Source: Candidatus Latescibacterota bacterium (lineage in GTDB: Bacteria; Latescibacterota; UBA2968; SICM01). From it: a stretch of DNA of 64,000 nucleotides. A model generated the notes under the pieces. That model was not told the origin of the DNA, made no database searches, and saw only the letters and a program-made list of their open reading frames with translations. A program made the translations under genes and the position numbers. Positions 42,652 through 52,718 of this stretch are shown here, one piece after another. Each line of letters starts with the position of its first letter. The stretch's first letter is position 1. The DNA is taken from contig CBDCJO010000002.1 in NCBI GenBank assembly GCA_965217865.1, positions 1,792,001 to 1,856,000 of the forward strand. Reading direction: 5' to 3'.

Positions 42652-42681
42652 TTGACCTCCTATATGCAGGAGGGGTATATA
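42652..42681 (+). promoter_or_regulatory. Sigma70 promoter with operator-like palindrome CCTCCT-N6-AGGAGG
   Basis: TTGACC-N18-TATATA; palindrome 42656-42673 overlaps the -35 box and spacer. Confidence 0.55.
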
Positions 42682-42802
42682 TTGTGCCTTTGAAACAGGA
42701 CCTGGGTGAGCCGCGTTGGCCCGATAGGCAGACCCGGACGCCAGTCCTGGTCTCCGGTACATGAGCATACCAACCGCGATCTCCCTTGAGAGAGGATTTG
42801 CC

Positions 42803-43481
42803 ATGAGCGGTCAGGCGAGAGGCAGACCACCCGTTGTGGAAATTACCGGCCCACAACGGCGCACATTGCGCGAACTGTGCCGCTTCACCAACCTGCGGGG
42901 GTTTCCCCCGACCATCCAGGAACTCGCGGACATCCTCGGGATATCGACCCCAAGCGTGCGCGACCAGGTCAAGCAACTCGTGCGGAAAGGCTACGTGAAA
43001 CGGGAGTCGAGGAAGGCCCGCGGGCTTACCGTCGTGCGCGAGCCAACAGATGAAGTGTTCGACCTGCAGACCGTTCCCATCATCGGCAGAGTAGCGGCCG
43101 GGCAGCCGATCCTGGCAGAGGAGAACATTACCGGCGAAGTTCTGATCGACAGCCATGCCGCCCGCTCCGGTCGCTGCTTCGCGCTGGAGGTCCAAGGCGA
43201 CAGCATGATCGACGCCGGCATCCGCGACCGGGACCCTGGTCGTGGTTCGGGAGCAGCCCGTGGCGGAGAGTGGCGACATCGTGGTCGCGCTGCTCGATCG
43301 GGACGCCACGGTCAAGCGGCTCTTCATCCGTGATGAGCGTATCGAGCTCCGGCCCGAAAATGCGAGATTTCGCTCCAGGCGGATCGGCCCCGACGATGGA
43401 CTGCGCATCCTGGGCAAGGTCGTCGCGGTCAGCCGGTCCGGGATCAACCGTTCTAACGGTGGAGCGGCCCAGGAAGAGTAA
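42803..43481 (+). CDS. lexA: LexA-like repressor (frameshift near 43235)
   Basis: FPPTIQEL wHTH, GRVAAG cleavage site, GDSM Ser, ATVKRL Lys. Confidence 0.85.
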
Positions 43482-43499
43482 ACAGGGAGAGTCCGGCCA

Positions 43500-44651
43500 A
43501 TGGCAACCTTCAACCTCCGACGCTTCGCCCATCCCGCCGGTCTCAAGGCTATCGCGCCAAAGCACCTCTTGGCGTTTCTGGAACCGCATCGAGCCTACTT
43601 CGCGAGCCGAGGGTTGAGGTTGCCGCCGCCGTCCGCGGCCAACGGGCTGGATTACGAACGACTCGTCTCAGTCCTTATGGACCCGGTCCCGGATACCCCG
43701 AAAGAGCTGCTCGATGCGCTCTTCTTCGTTCATGAGATGTCCACCAACGAGTGCATGGACGTCCTGCTGGAAGAGGCGGAGAGCCACGGCCTCTCGCTGA
43801 ATGGTCAGACGGACCCGACCGCTGCGGACGTCGCCGTCCAGATCTTCTTGAAGGACAAGGCGCTGCTGGAGCGCAAGCACGCCGAGCGTTATCTCACGCG
43901 GCCGCGGTCCTTCGAGCACTTCCAGACGGAGGTGCGGCCGGTCCCTGCGTTCAAACAGCCCTCACCACAAATTCTGGCCGCGCTCGAACACGACCTCGAC
44001 GACTGGTTCCAGCTGAAGAAACGTGGTCGAGGCTCACGGGTGTTCGTGTATCCGAAGGGCGGTTCGATCTGGTTTCTGGTGCGCCACGGCGATCCGTTCC
44101 GGCGCGAAGGCAGCCTCGACGGCGGTCGAACCTCGAGCGTGTTCTACCGGCCGGAGCGGCATGACGTGCTGGTCTATGAACCGGCCATCGGTGAAATTCG
44201 CATGCACGCCCGCAGCAAGGGCGAGAAGGAGCTCTACCGCGTGTCGTTCGGCCGTCATGTCTTCGGCGACGAGGACTTTTTCCCCCGCGCCGGCAAGTAT
44301 ACGCTCGATCCGATCCGGCGGGATGGGGCGGCGTCCGTCGTCTGCACGGACGTCGATGGGATCGACTGGGTGCGGCTCAAGGAAATCCAGATCTTGTGGG
44401 GCGGTGCGGAACAGGAGATCGAGATCCGCAAGGCCGACGATCTGTTCGCCGCGCTGGAGGGAAGAGGACGAAGCATTCCGGTCACGGCGCCGATCCTGCG
44501 AGCGAGCTTTCTGGTCATGTTCACCGATTCGAAGACGCCCCGCACCGTCACCATCCGGCCCTCGAACATCGCCCAGTACAGCCGCGACAGCGACGCCGAC
44601 GTGGTGGAGGACTGGCTCACCAAGCGAGGCTTCATTGAACAGGACGAATGA
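43500..44651 (+). CDS. Hypothetical protein, 383 aa
   Basis: Long ORF with SD directly after the lexA-like gene. Confidence 0.7.
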   Translation: MATFNLRRFAHPAGLKAIAPKHLLAFLEPHRAYFASRGLRLPPPSAANGLDYERLVSVLMDPVPDTPKELLDALFFVHEMSTNECMDVLLEEAESHGLSLNGQTDPTAADVAVQIFLKDKALLERKHAERYLTRPRSFEHFQTEVRPVPAFKQPSPQILAALEHDLDDWFQLKKRGRGSRVFVYPKGGSIWFLVRHGDPFRREGSLDGGRTSSVFYRPERHDVLVYEPAIGEIRMHARSKGEKELYRVSFGRHVFGDEDFFPRAGKYTLDPIRRDGAASVVCTDVDGIDWVRLKEIQILWGGAEQEIEIRKADDLFAALEGRGRSIPVTAPILRASFLVMFTDSKTPRTVTIRPSNIAQYSRDSDADVVEDWLTKRGFIEQDE

Positions 44652-45724
44652 CGAATAGGCCCGGATGCTTCTGGCAAGCGCTGGAATCCGTTCCCGGTTT
44701 GTCGGCCGTGGACGCGGAATGGCGCATGCGTTGCGGCGCCGGGTACGCATCGGCCAAGTCGTTTCTTCGGCCCAACGGCCGGCGGGCCTCGTCGCATCCC
44801 TGTACGGTTCGTCCCGGCTGTGGGTGCGCGCACGAGGTGGTGGTGCACGGGCAGGACGACATCGTCGCGGTCTGTCGATGTGGGCGTGGCTGCATGACGT
44901 ACCCGTTGAAGGCGTCTGATATCGTCCTATACGAACTGGACCGCGCAGCCTTCGACCAGGCGGTGGCTGGCGCCCTCAATCTGATGGGAGAACAGGTCCC
45001 TGTGCCCGGCCTCCATCAGACGACGCGGCTTGGCGTCTACGCACCCACCGCGGGCTTTCGCTTTCCCGTCTATCTGACGATCCAGCTGGAACCGGGCGAC
45101 TTCGATCACATCGTCAATAGTCTCGCGAACCGGACCGATGCACCGTTTGTCCTGTTAGCTCCCACACGCGATCTCTGCACTGTGCGGACGGAAGAGCTTC
45201 TGACAGGCAGGACGTCCGCCTTCGTTTCATTGTCGGAGGAAGTCGCCATCGGTGTAAGCGAGAGGCTGCGCCTCCTCCGGCCCCTCAAGGAGATCCTGTC
45301 GTCGTTCCGGACGGCCAATCTCTCGTCTCCCAAGCATGTCGACTCGATGGTCTTTTTCTCGACGCCACCCGAGGCGACTTGGCGCGACGTAGCGATCAGC
45401 TTCATTGACGGTCACACCGTCTCGGCCCAGGTGAAGTCCGTGCGCAGCGTGTGCAACTACACGCAGATGGGCATGGCCAACAGGAAGAACGGTGAGCCGA
45501 CCAAGCAATGGAAGCTGTTGGAAGGCTTCGCCAACTCCCATGGTCAGATTGACTGGCACGGCAGGCACGCAGCGCTCAGTGTGAAGAAGCAGAAGCAGGA
45601 ACTGTCGAAGCGGCTGCGGGCATTCTTCAGGATCGACGATGACCCCATCGAGTGGGTGAAGGACACTTCAAGCTACTACAGGTGCAAGTTCAGGATTCTT
45701 CCAATCGGAGGTGACGAGTACTAA
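44648..45724 (+). CDS. Hypothetical protein with Cys-rich N-region and possible C-terminal winged HTH
   Basis: ATGA overlap with the previous gene; C..PGCGC.H...CRC...C; VKKQKQELSKRL. Confidence 0.65.
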   Translation: MTNRPGCFWQALESVPGLSAVDAEWRMRCGAGYASAKSFLRPNGRRASSHPCTVRPGCGCAHEVVVHGQDDIVAVCRCGRGCMTYPLKASDIVLYELDRAAFDQAVAGALNLMGEQVPVPGLHQTTRLGVYAPTAGFRFPVYLTIQLEPGDFDHIVNSLANRTDAPFVLLAPTRDLCTVRTEELLTGRTSAFVSLSEEVAIGVSERLRLLRPLKEILSSFRTANLSSPKHVDSMVFFSTPPEATWRDVAISFIDGHTVSAQVKSVRSVCNYTQMGMANRKNGEPTKQWKLLEGFANSHGQIDWHGRHAALSVKKQKQELSKRLRAFFRIDDDPIEWVKDTSSYYRCKFRILPIGGDEY

Positions 45725-46097
45725 AGGCTGCTCTCGTCATCATCCTGTGTCTGAGCCTCGAGCCAGTCTGGTTCGGGGCTTTTTTCATGTCCTCCCGCCC
45801 GCCTCCAGCGAAATTTCGCTGTGCCTGCGGAAGCAGAATCAAAAAAATTTTCCCCTCCGTAAGCCCTCCATCCGACTGATTTCCCAGGCTTTGCCCGCAC
45901 TTGCGCCCCGACCGCCCGGGGCGTCCCACGCCGTCCATCGAAATTTCGCCATTGAGGGGTGAACGCTCCGGCGGGAGCTTCGCCCCGACGGTGGCGCCCG
46001 GAAACCCCGGGCAACGCCCTCTGGGAGGAACCCTCGCCGGACCCGCCTCTCAGGGGGCGATTTCGTTAATGCGCCAGCGCGCGAAAGGAGGTCCGGA

Positions 46098-46427
46098 ATG
46101 ACTGATGTGACCAAGGCGGCTCTGACGCCTGCCAGGCGACGCCTCGTCGAGCTGATGCAGGAGGTCAACTACGGGCGGATCGAACGGCTCGAAGTGCGGG
46201 AGTGGGAGCCCGTGTTCAAGCCGCCGCCCCGGGTGGTGCGGCAGATCGTGTTCGGGAAGGACAACGGACCGAACGCGCGCCGAGCCACCGACGGCTTCAC
46301 GCTCAAGAAAAAGGTGGCGGAGCTGTTCGAGGTCTTCGACCGGGAGCGGTCGCTCTCGATCCGGGAACTCGTGATCGAAAACGGGCTGCCCGTCCGCATG
46401 GCCGTGACGGACGCGATCCGGATCTGA
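46098..46427 (+). CDS. Hypothetical protein
   Basis: SD AGGAGG; 109 aa. Confidence 0.65.
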   Translation: MTDVTKAALTPARRRLVELMQEVNYGRIERLEVREWEPVFKPPPRVVRQIVFGKDNGPNARRATDGFTLKKKVAELFEVFDRERSLSIRELVIENGLPVRMAVTDAIRI

Positions 46428-46611
46428 CTCCGGGCCCGACAGATAGAGCACGGTCCACACCAGACAACAGACCGGCCGCAAGGGCGGAGGTCGTTGTGGG
46501 TGTCGCCTTAACCAGCGTCCTCACAGCGCTTCCGCCTTCTCGTTTTGAGAGCGGTCGTACCGGCACAGGTCGACACCCGCGCGAGATCCTCCCCGGCCCC
46601 GGGGAGGCTCC

Positions 46612-47199
46612 ATGGGTTTCGACAACCAGTACGAGGGCATCGACGCGTATGCCGTCTGGCTCATCAGGTACAAGGCGAGGCAATTGGTGGGACAAGCAGG
46701 ATTCACAGCATCGGACCGGGACGATCTGGAGCAGGAGCTGATCCTCGACCTGCTGGGACGGCTGCCGAAATACGACCCCAAACGCGCCCGGCGCAACACG
46801 TTCATCGCCCGCGTGGTCGAGCACAGGATCGCCACCCTCATCGAGGCGCGAAAGGCCGGCATCCGGGACTACCGGCGCTGCCGCTGTTCCCTGAACGACC
46901 GGTTCGAGGACGAGGACGGCCGCTCGGTCGAGCGGGCGGAAACCGTCGATCAGGAGGACTATCTGCTTCGCACCGGCGCGCAGTCCAAGCCGTCGGAGGA
47001 GCTGAGCGCGCTGGCCATCGACATGGCCGCCGTCTTCGAAGGACTCCCGCCCGGGCTGCGCGATCTGTGCCGGCGCCTCCGGACCGAGACCGTCACCGAG
47101 ATCTCCCGCGACACGGGCATTCCGCGCGGAACGATCTACGAGTCGATCAGGAAGCTGCGGGAGATCTTCGAGGACGCCGGCCTCGAGGACTACCTCTGA
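46612..47199 (+). CDS. Element-encoded ECF-type sigma factor
   Basis: DRDDLEQEL...YDP.R...TFI region 2; EISRDTGIPRGTIY region 4. Confidence 0.85.
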   Translation: MGFDNQYEGIDAYAVWLIRYKARQLVGQAGFTASDRDDLEQELILDLLGRLPKYDPKRARRNTFIARVVEHRIATLIEARKAGIRDYRRCRCSLNDRFEDEDGRSVERAETVDQEDYLLRTGAQSKPSEELSALAIDMAAVFEGLPPGLRDLCRRLRTETVTEISRDTGIPRGTIYESIRKLREIFEDAGLEDYL

Positions 47200-47205
47200 C
47201 CCGCT

Positions 47206-47236
47206 CCGACGGTCCCGGCCCGCCTCCGGTAGGTAA
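47206..47236 (+). promoter_or_regulatory. Element motif copy 2, upstream of the primase operon
   Basis: CCGAC-N15-CCGGTAGGTAA. Confidence 0.65.
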
Positions 47237-47333
47237 TCACCGGGCCGGGCGTTGACGCGGCGTTTCGAGACGGCACGAAGTCCGGCCCGGGCGCGCCCTC
47301 CTGATGGACCACGACCCTATGGAGGCAAGGCAA

Positions 47334-47606
47334 ATGAATCGAGAGATCTACCGCTACAACTTCAACGCGAAGGTGCCGCTGCGGGACGTCGAGGAATCCC
47401 TGCTCCTGGCCGTGCTCGCCACCGAGAGCCTGCACGGCCGGGCCCTGGTGCGGCTTGACGCATCCTTCCGTCTGGACGCGAAGAAGCGCTCCTGCGTGGT
47501 GGACGCGGCGACCGACGTCGGCCGCGCCATCGCCCGCATCTTCACGGGCTTTCTGACGCGCGAATTCGGCGAGGAGGCCTTCAAGGTCGAGCGGATCGCG
47601 ATATGA
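47334..47606 (+). CDS. Hypothetical protein
   Basis: SD GGAGG; ATGA overlap with the primase gene. Confidence 0.65.
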   Translation: MNREIYRYNFNAKVPLRDVEESLLLAVLATESLHGRALVRLDASFRLDAKKRSCVVDAATDVGRAIARIFTGFLTREFGEEAFKVERIAI

Positions 47607-50600
47607 CACGGACGAGGGCGGGCGACGTCAGGGAGTACTACCGGCTGGTCACCGACGTCGACATCGGCCGGTTGGCACGGGAGGTCCTCGCCGAGCGCAT
47701 CGTCCAGGAGGACGACCGCCTCCTGCAATGCGACTGCCCGAACCACCGGAGCAGCAGCCACCGCTCCCTCCACGTCCTGCTCGACAAGCAGGGCTGGTAC
47801 TGCTTCGGCTGCGGGGTGGGCGGCGACGTGCTGCAACTGGTCGAGTTCATCCAATCCGGCACGGTGACCGCTGGGCAATCCGGTCCCATGCCGGAGACCC
47901 ACCAGCGAGCCCGCGACTTCCTGGCCGCCAAGGCCTCTTTGCCACCGCTCGGCCATTACGGGCTTTCCCCCGAGCAACTGAAGGAGATCGAGTCGGAGCG
48001 GAAGCTGGAGGTGCGCGTCCAGGAAGCCCTGACTGAACTGGCGGCGTTCTACCACCGGCGTCTCAAGGAAGCACCGGAAGTCCTGGACTGGCTACACACC
48101 CACTACGGGATCTCCGACGACACGATCGATTCGCTCGCCATCGGTTATGCCGCCAACGGTCCCTGCAAGGACAACGGCAAGCAATACCGTGGCGTCATCT
48201 CCGCCCTGACCAAGCGGGAGAATCCCTTCAACGACTGCGAGCTCGCCGTCACCGGCGCGTTCCGTACCGCCAGTCACGACGGTCTGTTCCCCTTCTTCGA
48301 GGGCCGCATCGTCTTCCCCTATTGGAGTCGTGGCCGCGTGGTCTTCATGATCGGACGCAAGACGCCCTGGACTCCCGCCAACCAATGGGAGCAGAGTAAA
48401 TACAAGAAACTCCCGGTCCACAACGACCACAGGAACCGGCACATTGCGCCGTCGATCAACAACGGCCACCTCTACAACGAGGACTGCCTGCTCTCCCGGC
48501 CCGAGCGCGTCGTCATCACCGAGGGCGTCACCGACTGCATCGCGCTCGTGGAGCGCGGGTTCCCGGCCGTCTCCCCAGCAACGGTGCGGATCAAAGGAGC
48601 CGACTGGGATCGCCTTCTGCCCAAGCTAAGAGGGGTGAAAACGGTCTACATCTGCCAGGACAACGAGGTCTCGCAGGCGGGCCTCAATGGCGCGCTCAAG
48701 ACGGCGAGCGTGCTCACCGGGCACAAGATTCAGACCCGGCTGGTGGTCCTGCCCCTCGATGAATCGCGGCAGGAGGCCCGTCAGGCACTCAAGGAGCGCT
48801 TTGACCTGGATGCGGCCGTCGGAGCGCGAGAGCTTGCCAAACACCTCAATGGCCGCGCATCCCAAGACATCAAGGAAGCCGAGCGTCTGCTCGGTGCGGC
48901 CAAAATCGATGTCAACGACTACTTCGCGTCGGGCCACACGGCGAAGGACTTCGAAGCATTGCTCGGCGAGGCCACGCCGCCGCTCGAATTCGGCATCGAC
49001 CGGCTACCGGCTGATGCCACCGAATCGGAACGTAACCAGCACCTCGAGCCGATCCTTTGCCAGGTGGCGACTCTTTCTCCCCTGGAGCAGAGCAGCCACC
49101 TGAAGCGCATCCAGGAGCGATTCGGCAAGTCAAACCTGTCACTGACCACGTTGCGCGACCAGGTGCGGGCCCTGCGGAAGGAGTGCAAAGAGCAAGCCCA
49201 GCAAGAGCAACGCCGCGAGAAGCACTTCACCGATGCGCCATCCGGCTCCTGCCGGGCTCGCATCGAGGAGGTGTTGATGGAGACCGCGGAGGGGAACGCC
49301 CCCGATTACACTCAGGTCGCCGAGGCCGCCTACGAGTGGTTCACCGCCCACGGCGCGCAGTTCTTCCACACCCGCGACGGGGAACCCTTCCTGCATTTCG
49401 ACAACGCCATCTACTGGATGGACTCCGCCGACCGGGGGCGCAAGCGGCAGTATGCGGCCATGCTCTACGAGCAGACCGGCCTGGTGCCGACGTCGTCCGG
49501 AGGACGCACCTTCTTCGAGGTCCTTCCCAGCCTGGCCCTCATCCGGGGTCAGATGCGGGACCACTTCTCCTGGCTCCACACAGACGTCTCGAACCACACC
49601 GTCTACTTCAACCTCAACAACGACCAGCACGAGATCGCCAGGATCACGCCCGGCGGCATCGAACTCCTCAAGAACGGCGGCAACGCCGACGGCATCATCC
49701 TCGAAGGCTCGCAGAAGATGATGCCGCTCCGGTTCCTGGCCGACGCCGATCCCGCCGAGGCCGACCGGCTGCTGTCAACGCTGATCCGGGACAACCTGAC
49801 CTGCGCCCCGGGCGAAAGCGCGCTGATCCTCTCGTGGCTGTCCTGCTTCCTGCTGATCGACTTTGCCGGCACACGGCCCATGACCCGCTTCGAGGGGCCC
49901 GCCGGCTCGGGCAAGACCACGGCCAGCAAGCTCATCTCGGCGCTGCTCTACGGCGAGCCCCAGCAGAAGAAGAGCACCGACGCGGCCAACTACACCGACG
50001 GCTCGCGGAATCCGCTCATCGTCCTCGACAACATCGAGGTCAAACAGATGACCGAGGAGCTGACCACCTTCCTGCTGACCAGCATCACCGGCATCGCCAA
50101 GGAGAAGCGCAAGAGCGGCACCGACACCGGGACCGTCATCGAACGCACCAAATGCCTGCTCAACACCACCGGGATCGAGCCGCTGCGGGGGGAGCTTTCG
50201 GAGATTCTGTCCCGTTCCTTCGTCATCACCTTCGACTTGGCCAGCCAGGCCGATCACTGCTTTCTCGAAACCGAGGTCATTTCGGCTATTCAGAAAAACC
50301 GCGACCTGATCCTCTCGGCCATGCTCAAGCGCACCCGGCACGTGCTGGCCATGATGCGCGACGGGCGCCGCAGACAGGCGATGAAACTCCTGCTCGAGAG
50401 CCTGGGCGATCACGACAAGCGCCGCTGCAACGACTATCTGAGCCTGATGTACCTCATGATGCTGGCCAGCTCCCAAGAACACGAAGTCGATGCCGGACTC
50501 GAGGCATTGAATCCAAGGTTCCTCGATCAGATCAACGTCCTCAACGCGACCAGCCAGCAGACCGCCCGGGACTCCAACCCCATCGCCACGGCCCTGGAAT

Positions 50601-50950
50601 CGCTCTTCCATGCCTTCCACAATGCGGTGGATCTGGACGAAAAAGCCCGCCTCGGACAGGACGACGACCGGGCAGACCATGTCGCCAAGTTCATCGAGCG
50701 CTACCTGGTGCGCTTCGAAGACCCCACCACCATGGAACCGGTCTCCGCCGGCCGGTTGCTGGCCGCACTGCGCAGAGTCGCCCGGGAGTTCAGCCTGGAA
50801 TTCGAATACGGCAAGCCCGCGCAGCTTGCCCGCCGCATCAGCAACGACATGCAGGTCCTGGGGCAAGCCGGGTTCGTCATCGAGCGGGAATACAATACCC
50901 ACACCAAGACGTTCGACTACCGGATCAGAAAAGTCCGCAGCCCCGAGTAG
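47603..50950 (+). CDS. Primase-helicase (zinc finger + Toprim + P-loop NTPase)
   Basis: CPNH...WYCFGC, ITEGVTD, CQDNE, GPAGSGKT, VLDN. Confidence 0.88.
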   Translation: MTRTRAGDVREYYRLVTDVDIGRLAREVLAERIVQEDDRLLQCDCPNHRSSSHRSLHVLLDKQGWYCFGCGVGGDVLQLVEFIQSGTVTAGQSGPMPETHQRARDFLAAKASLPPLGHYGLSPEQLKEIESERKLEVRVQEALTELAAFYHRRLKEAPEVLDWLHTHYGISDDTIDSLAIGYAANGPCKDNGKQYRGVISALTKRENPFNDCELAVTGAFRTASHDGLFPFFEGRIVFPYWSRGRVVFMIGRKTPWTPANQWEQSKYKKLPVHNDHRNRHIAPSINNGHLYNEDCLLSRPERVVITEGVTDCIALVERGFPAVSPATVRIKGADWDRLLPKLRGVKTVYICQDNEVSQAGLNGALKTASVLTGHKIQTRLVVLPLDESRQEARQALKERFDLDAAVGARELAKHLNGRASQDIKEAERLLGAAKIDVNDYFASGHTAKDFEALLGEATPPLEFGIDRLPADATESERNQHLEPILCQVATLSPLEQSSHLKRIQERFGKSNLSLTTLRDQVRALRKECKEQAQQEQRREKHFTDAPSGSCRARIEEVLMETAEGNAPDYTQVAEAAYEWFTAHGAQFFHTRDGEPFLHFDNAIYWMDSADRGRKRQYAAMLYEQTGLVPTSSGGRTFFEVLPSLALIRGQMRDHFSWLHTDVSNHTVYFNLNNDQHEIARITPGGIELLKNGGNADGIILEGSQKMMPLRFLADADPAEADRLLSTLIRDNLTCAPGESALILSWLSCFLLIDFAGTRPMTRFEGPAGSGKTTASKLISALLYGEPQQKKSTDAANYTDGSRNPLIVLDNIEVKQMTEELTTFLLTSITGIAKEKRKSGTDTGTVIERTKCLLNTTGIEPLRGELSEILSRSFVITFDLASQADHCFLETEVISAIQKNRDLILSAMLKRTRHVLAMMRDGRRRQAMKLLLESLGDHDKRRCNDYLSLMYLMMLASSQEHEVDAGLEALNPRFLDQINVLNATSQQTARDSNPIATALESLFHAFHNAVDLDEKARLGQDDDRADHVAKFIERYLVRFEDPTTMEPVSAGRLLAALRRVAREFSLEFEYGKPAQLARRISNDMQVLGQAGFVIEREYNTHTKTFDYRIRKVRSPE

Positions 50951-50963
50951 GCGCGCAGGGCCT

Positions 50964-51218
50964 ATGCCTGCAGCAAGCGCCGCTCCCACCTGTCGCGCCG
51001 CCCATCGGCAGTCACCAGCACATAGACGTTGTCCCCGCTCACCCCTTCTCCAGGTCGCGCGCCGCGTCATCGGTCAGCTGAACCGGGAAGGACATCAGCG
51101 GGAAGCGTTTGACGAACGCGCGGAGATAGAGGAGCATGAAGGCGGATTGACTCAGACGCAGGCGGAAGAGCAGGCCGAAGCCGAGCGCAAGGCCAAGCGG
51201 AAGCGCGGGCAGAAATAG
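50964..51218 (+). CDS. Phage-type small hypothetical protein or remnant
   Basis: FDERAEIEEHEGGL...AE motif. Confidence 0.35.
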   Translation: MPAASAAPTCRAAHRQSPAHRRCPRSPLLQVARRVIGQLNREGHQREAFDERAEIEEHEGGLTQTQAEEQAEAERKAKRKRGQK

Positions 51219-51464
51219 CCCCCGGGTCGATCACCTTGCGTCGAAACACGGCCCCAAACCAGGCTGGAACGGGTTTGGCCGGAGGCCGGGCAGGATCATA
51301 CCGGGTAAAAACCGGCTGTTGTATTCAGCAGATGACCCGGCATAGCGGGCTCTTGCATATGGTGGTGACATGGGCACAATAACTACAACGGAAATATGAT
51401 GTCAAAGGTAAAACAATCCAACCGGTTCTTACGTGATATAACCATGGGGGGGTAGGTTATAAAG

Positions 51465-51950
51465 ATGCGACAACGGATAAGCATGGTGGCCCAACGCGAG
51501 GAACGGCGTGACACAGTCATGAAACTGGTGCTGGAAGGCTTTACTTACAGGCAGATCGAAGCGCGGACCGGCTTTTCACGTGGGACTATAGGACGGGACA
51601 TCCACGCCCGCCTTGAGGCGGCTGCTGCCGAGTGCCCGCACACCAAGAGGTATCGGCAACTACATCGCGCGCGAATAAATCAACTTCTGATGTGGTGGTG
51701 GGATAAGGCGGCGGAGGACCTTGGCGCGCTCGACCGCGTGCTCCGAATTCTGGAGCGTGAGGCGAAGCTGCTCGGGCTCGATAAGCCCCAGGAACTCCAG
51801 CACAGCGGCGAGATCGCGCTGGAGAAGCCCGACTTGTCGGCGTTGACCAACAAGGATGTCGAGGATCTGCGGGAGTTGGTGGAGGCGTACGCGGAGGCGA
51901 AGGCGAAGGGAAATGGAAGTGCGCGCCTGCCTCGCCTCAAGAGTAAGTAA
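51465..51950 (+). CDS. HTH protein, small-terminase-like (paralog 1)
   Basis: GFTYRQI..TGFSRGTIGRDI; ALDRVLRILEREAKLLGLDKP..QHSG. Confidence 0.55.
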   Translation: MRQRISMVAQREERRDTVMKLVLEGFTYRQIEARTGFSRGTIGRDIHARLEAAAAECPHTKRYRQLHRARINQLLMWWWDKAAEDLGALDRVLRILEREAKLLGLDKPQELQHSGEIALEKPDLSALTNKDVEDLRELVEAYAEAKAKGNGSARLPRLKSK

Positions 51951-52423
51951 TTCCCAAGCGCGGGGAAGGGGAAGCCGGAGGGTGGCGCGTCCTCGGGCAA
52001 GACTTCCTTGACGGATGTTGCGGGAATTCCCTGGTATACTACCAGCGCCTTAACTGCCATCACAATGAAACGGTCACGAAGGACGTTCTGAAAACCGTCT
52101 GGACCTGGCTTCCTCTTCGGCTTTTTGCGAGTACCATTAAAGACGCCATCTGTCCATTCACGCAATGCGGGCGGAACAGGCAACGGGTCCAGAAGAGGTT
52201 TGTTGTCCTTCCGCAGGATCTTTAAGTGGATCTGAACAGGATGGTTGTCATTCACCCAAGCCTTATACAAGGCATGAAGGACTTGCAATGCGGTGAAATG
52301 TGTTTCAGATCTCTTGATCCACTTCGCGATCTCCTTGTCATCGCCGTAAACAAAAGAGTCATATTTGCCCCTCTTAAACTTGCCATCTTTGCCCGGCTCA
52401 AGCCATACGTAGGATTCATTCAT
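51950..52423 (-). CDS. Hypothetical protein; true 3' end uncertain (frame stays open to 51680)
   Basis: MNESYVWLEPGK... lower-GC ORF whose start overlaps the end of the integrase remnant. Confidence 0.35.
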
Positions 52424-52709
52424 TAGACGGTCCCCCCAGATAGGCCGCCCAATCGTCCATGAGCTTGCGGCGACGGTCGAAAAGGTCCGAACGTGCATAA
52501 GCCGCCTCGATCTGGTTGCGGACCTTGTGTGCCAGCGCTGCCTCCGCCACCTCTCGCGGCGCGTCGGTGCATTCCGCCGCCCAGTCCCGGAAGCTCGACC
52601 GGAATCCGTGCGGCACGGCTGGAACGTCCAGGTCCCGAAGCCGGGCGATGACATCGGCGGCGTGAGCCTTGAGGTAGCTGATCGGCTTGATCCGGCTGGC
52701 CAGCGCCAC
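52416..52709 (-). pseudogene. Chimera: Phd/YefM antitoxin-like N-terminus fused to P4-type tyrosine integrase C-terminus
   Basis: IKPISYLKAHAADV followed by PHGFRSSFRDWA...ALAH...AAYARSDL..RRR.LM..W. Confidence 0.7.
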
Positions 52710-52718
52710 CCGCCTCGT

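Noticed and set aside
49057-51081. Long overlapping ORFs (674 aa, 431 aa, also 469 aa at 40357 and 445 aa at 55457)
   Set aside because: GC-rich shadow frames of the primase and recombinase genes with no recognisable motifs
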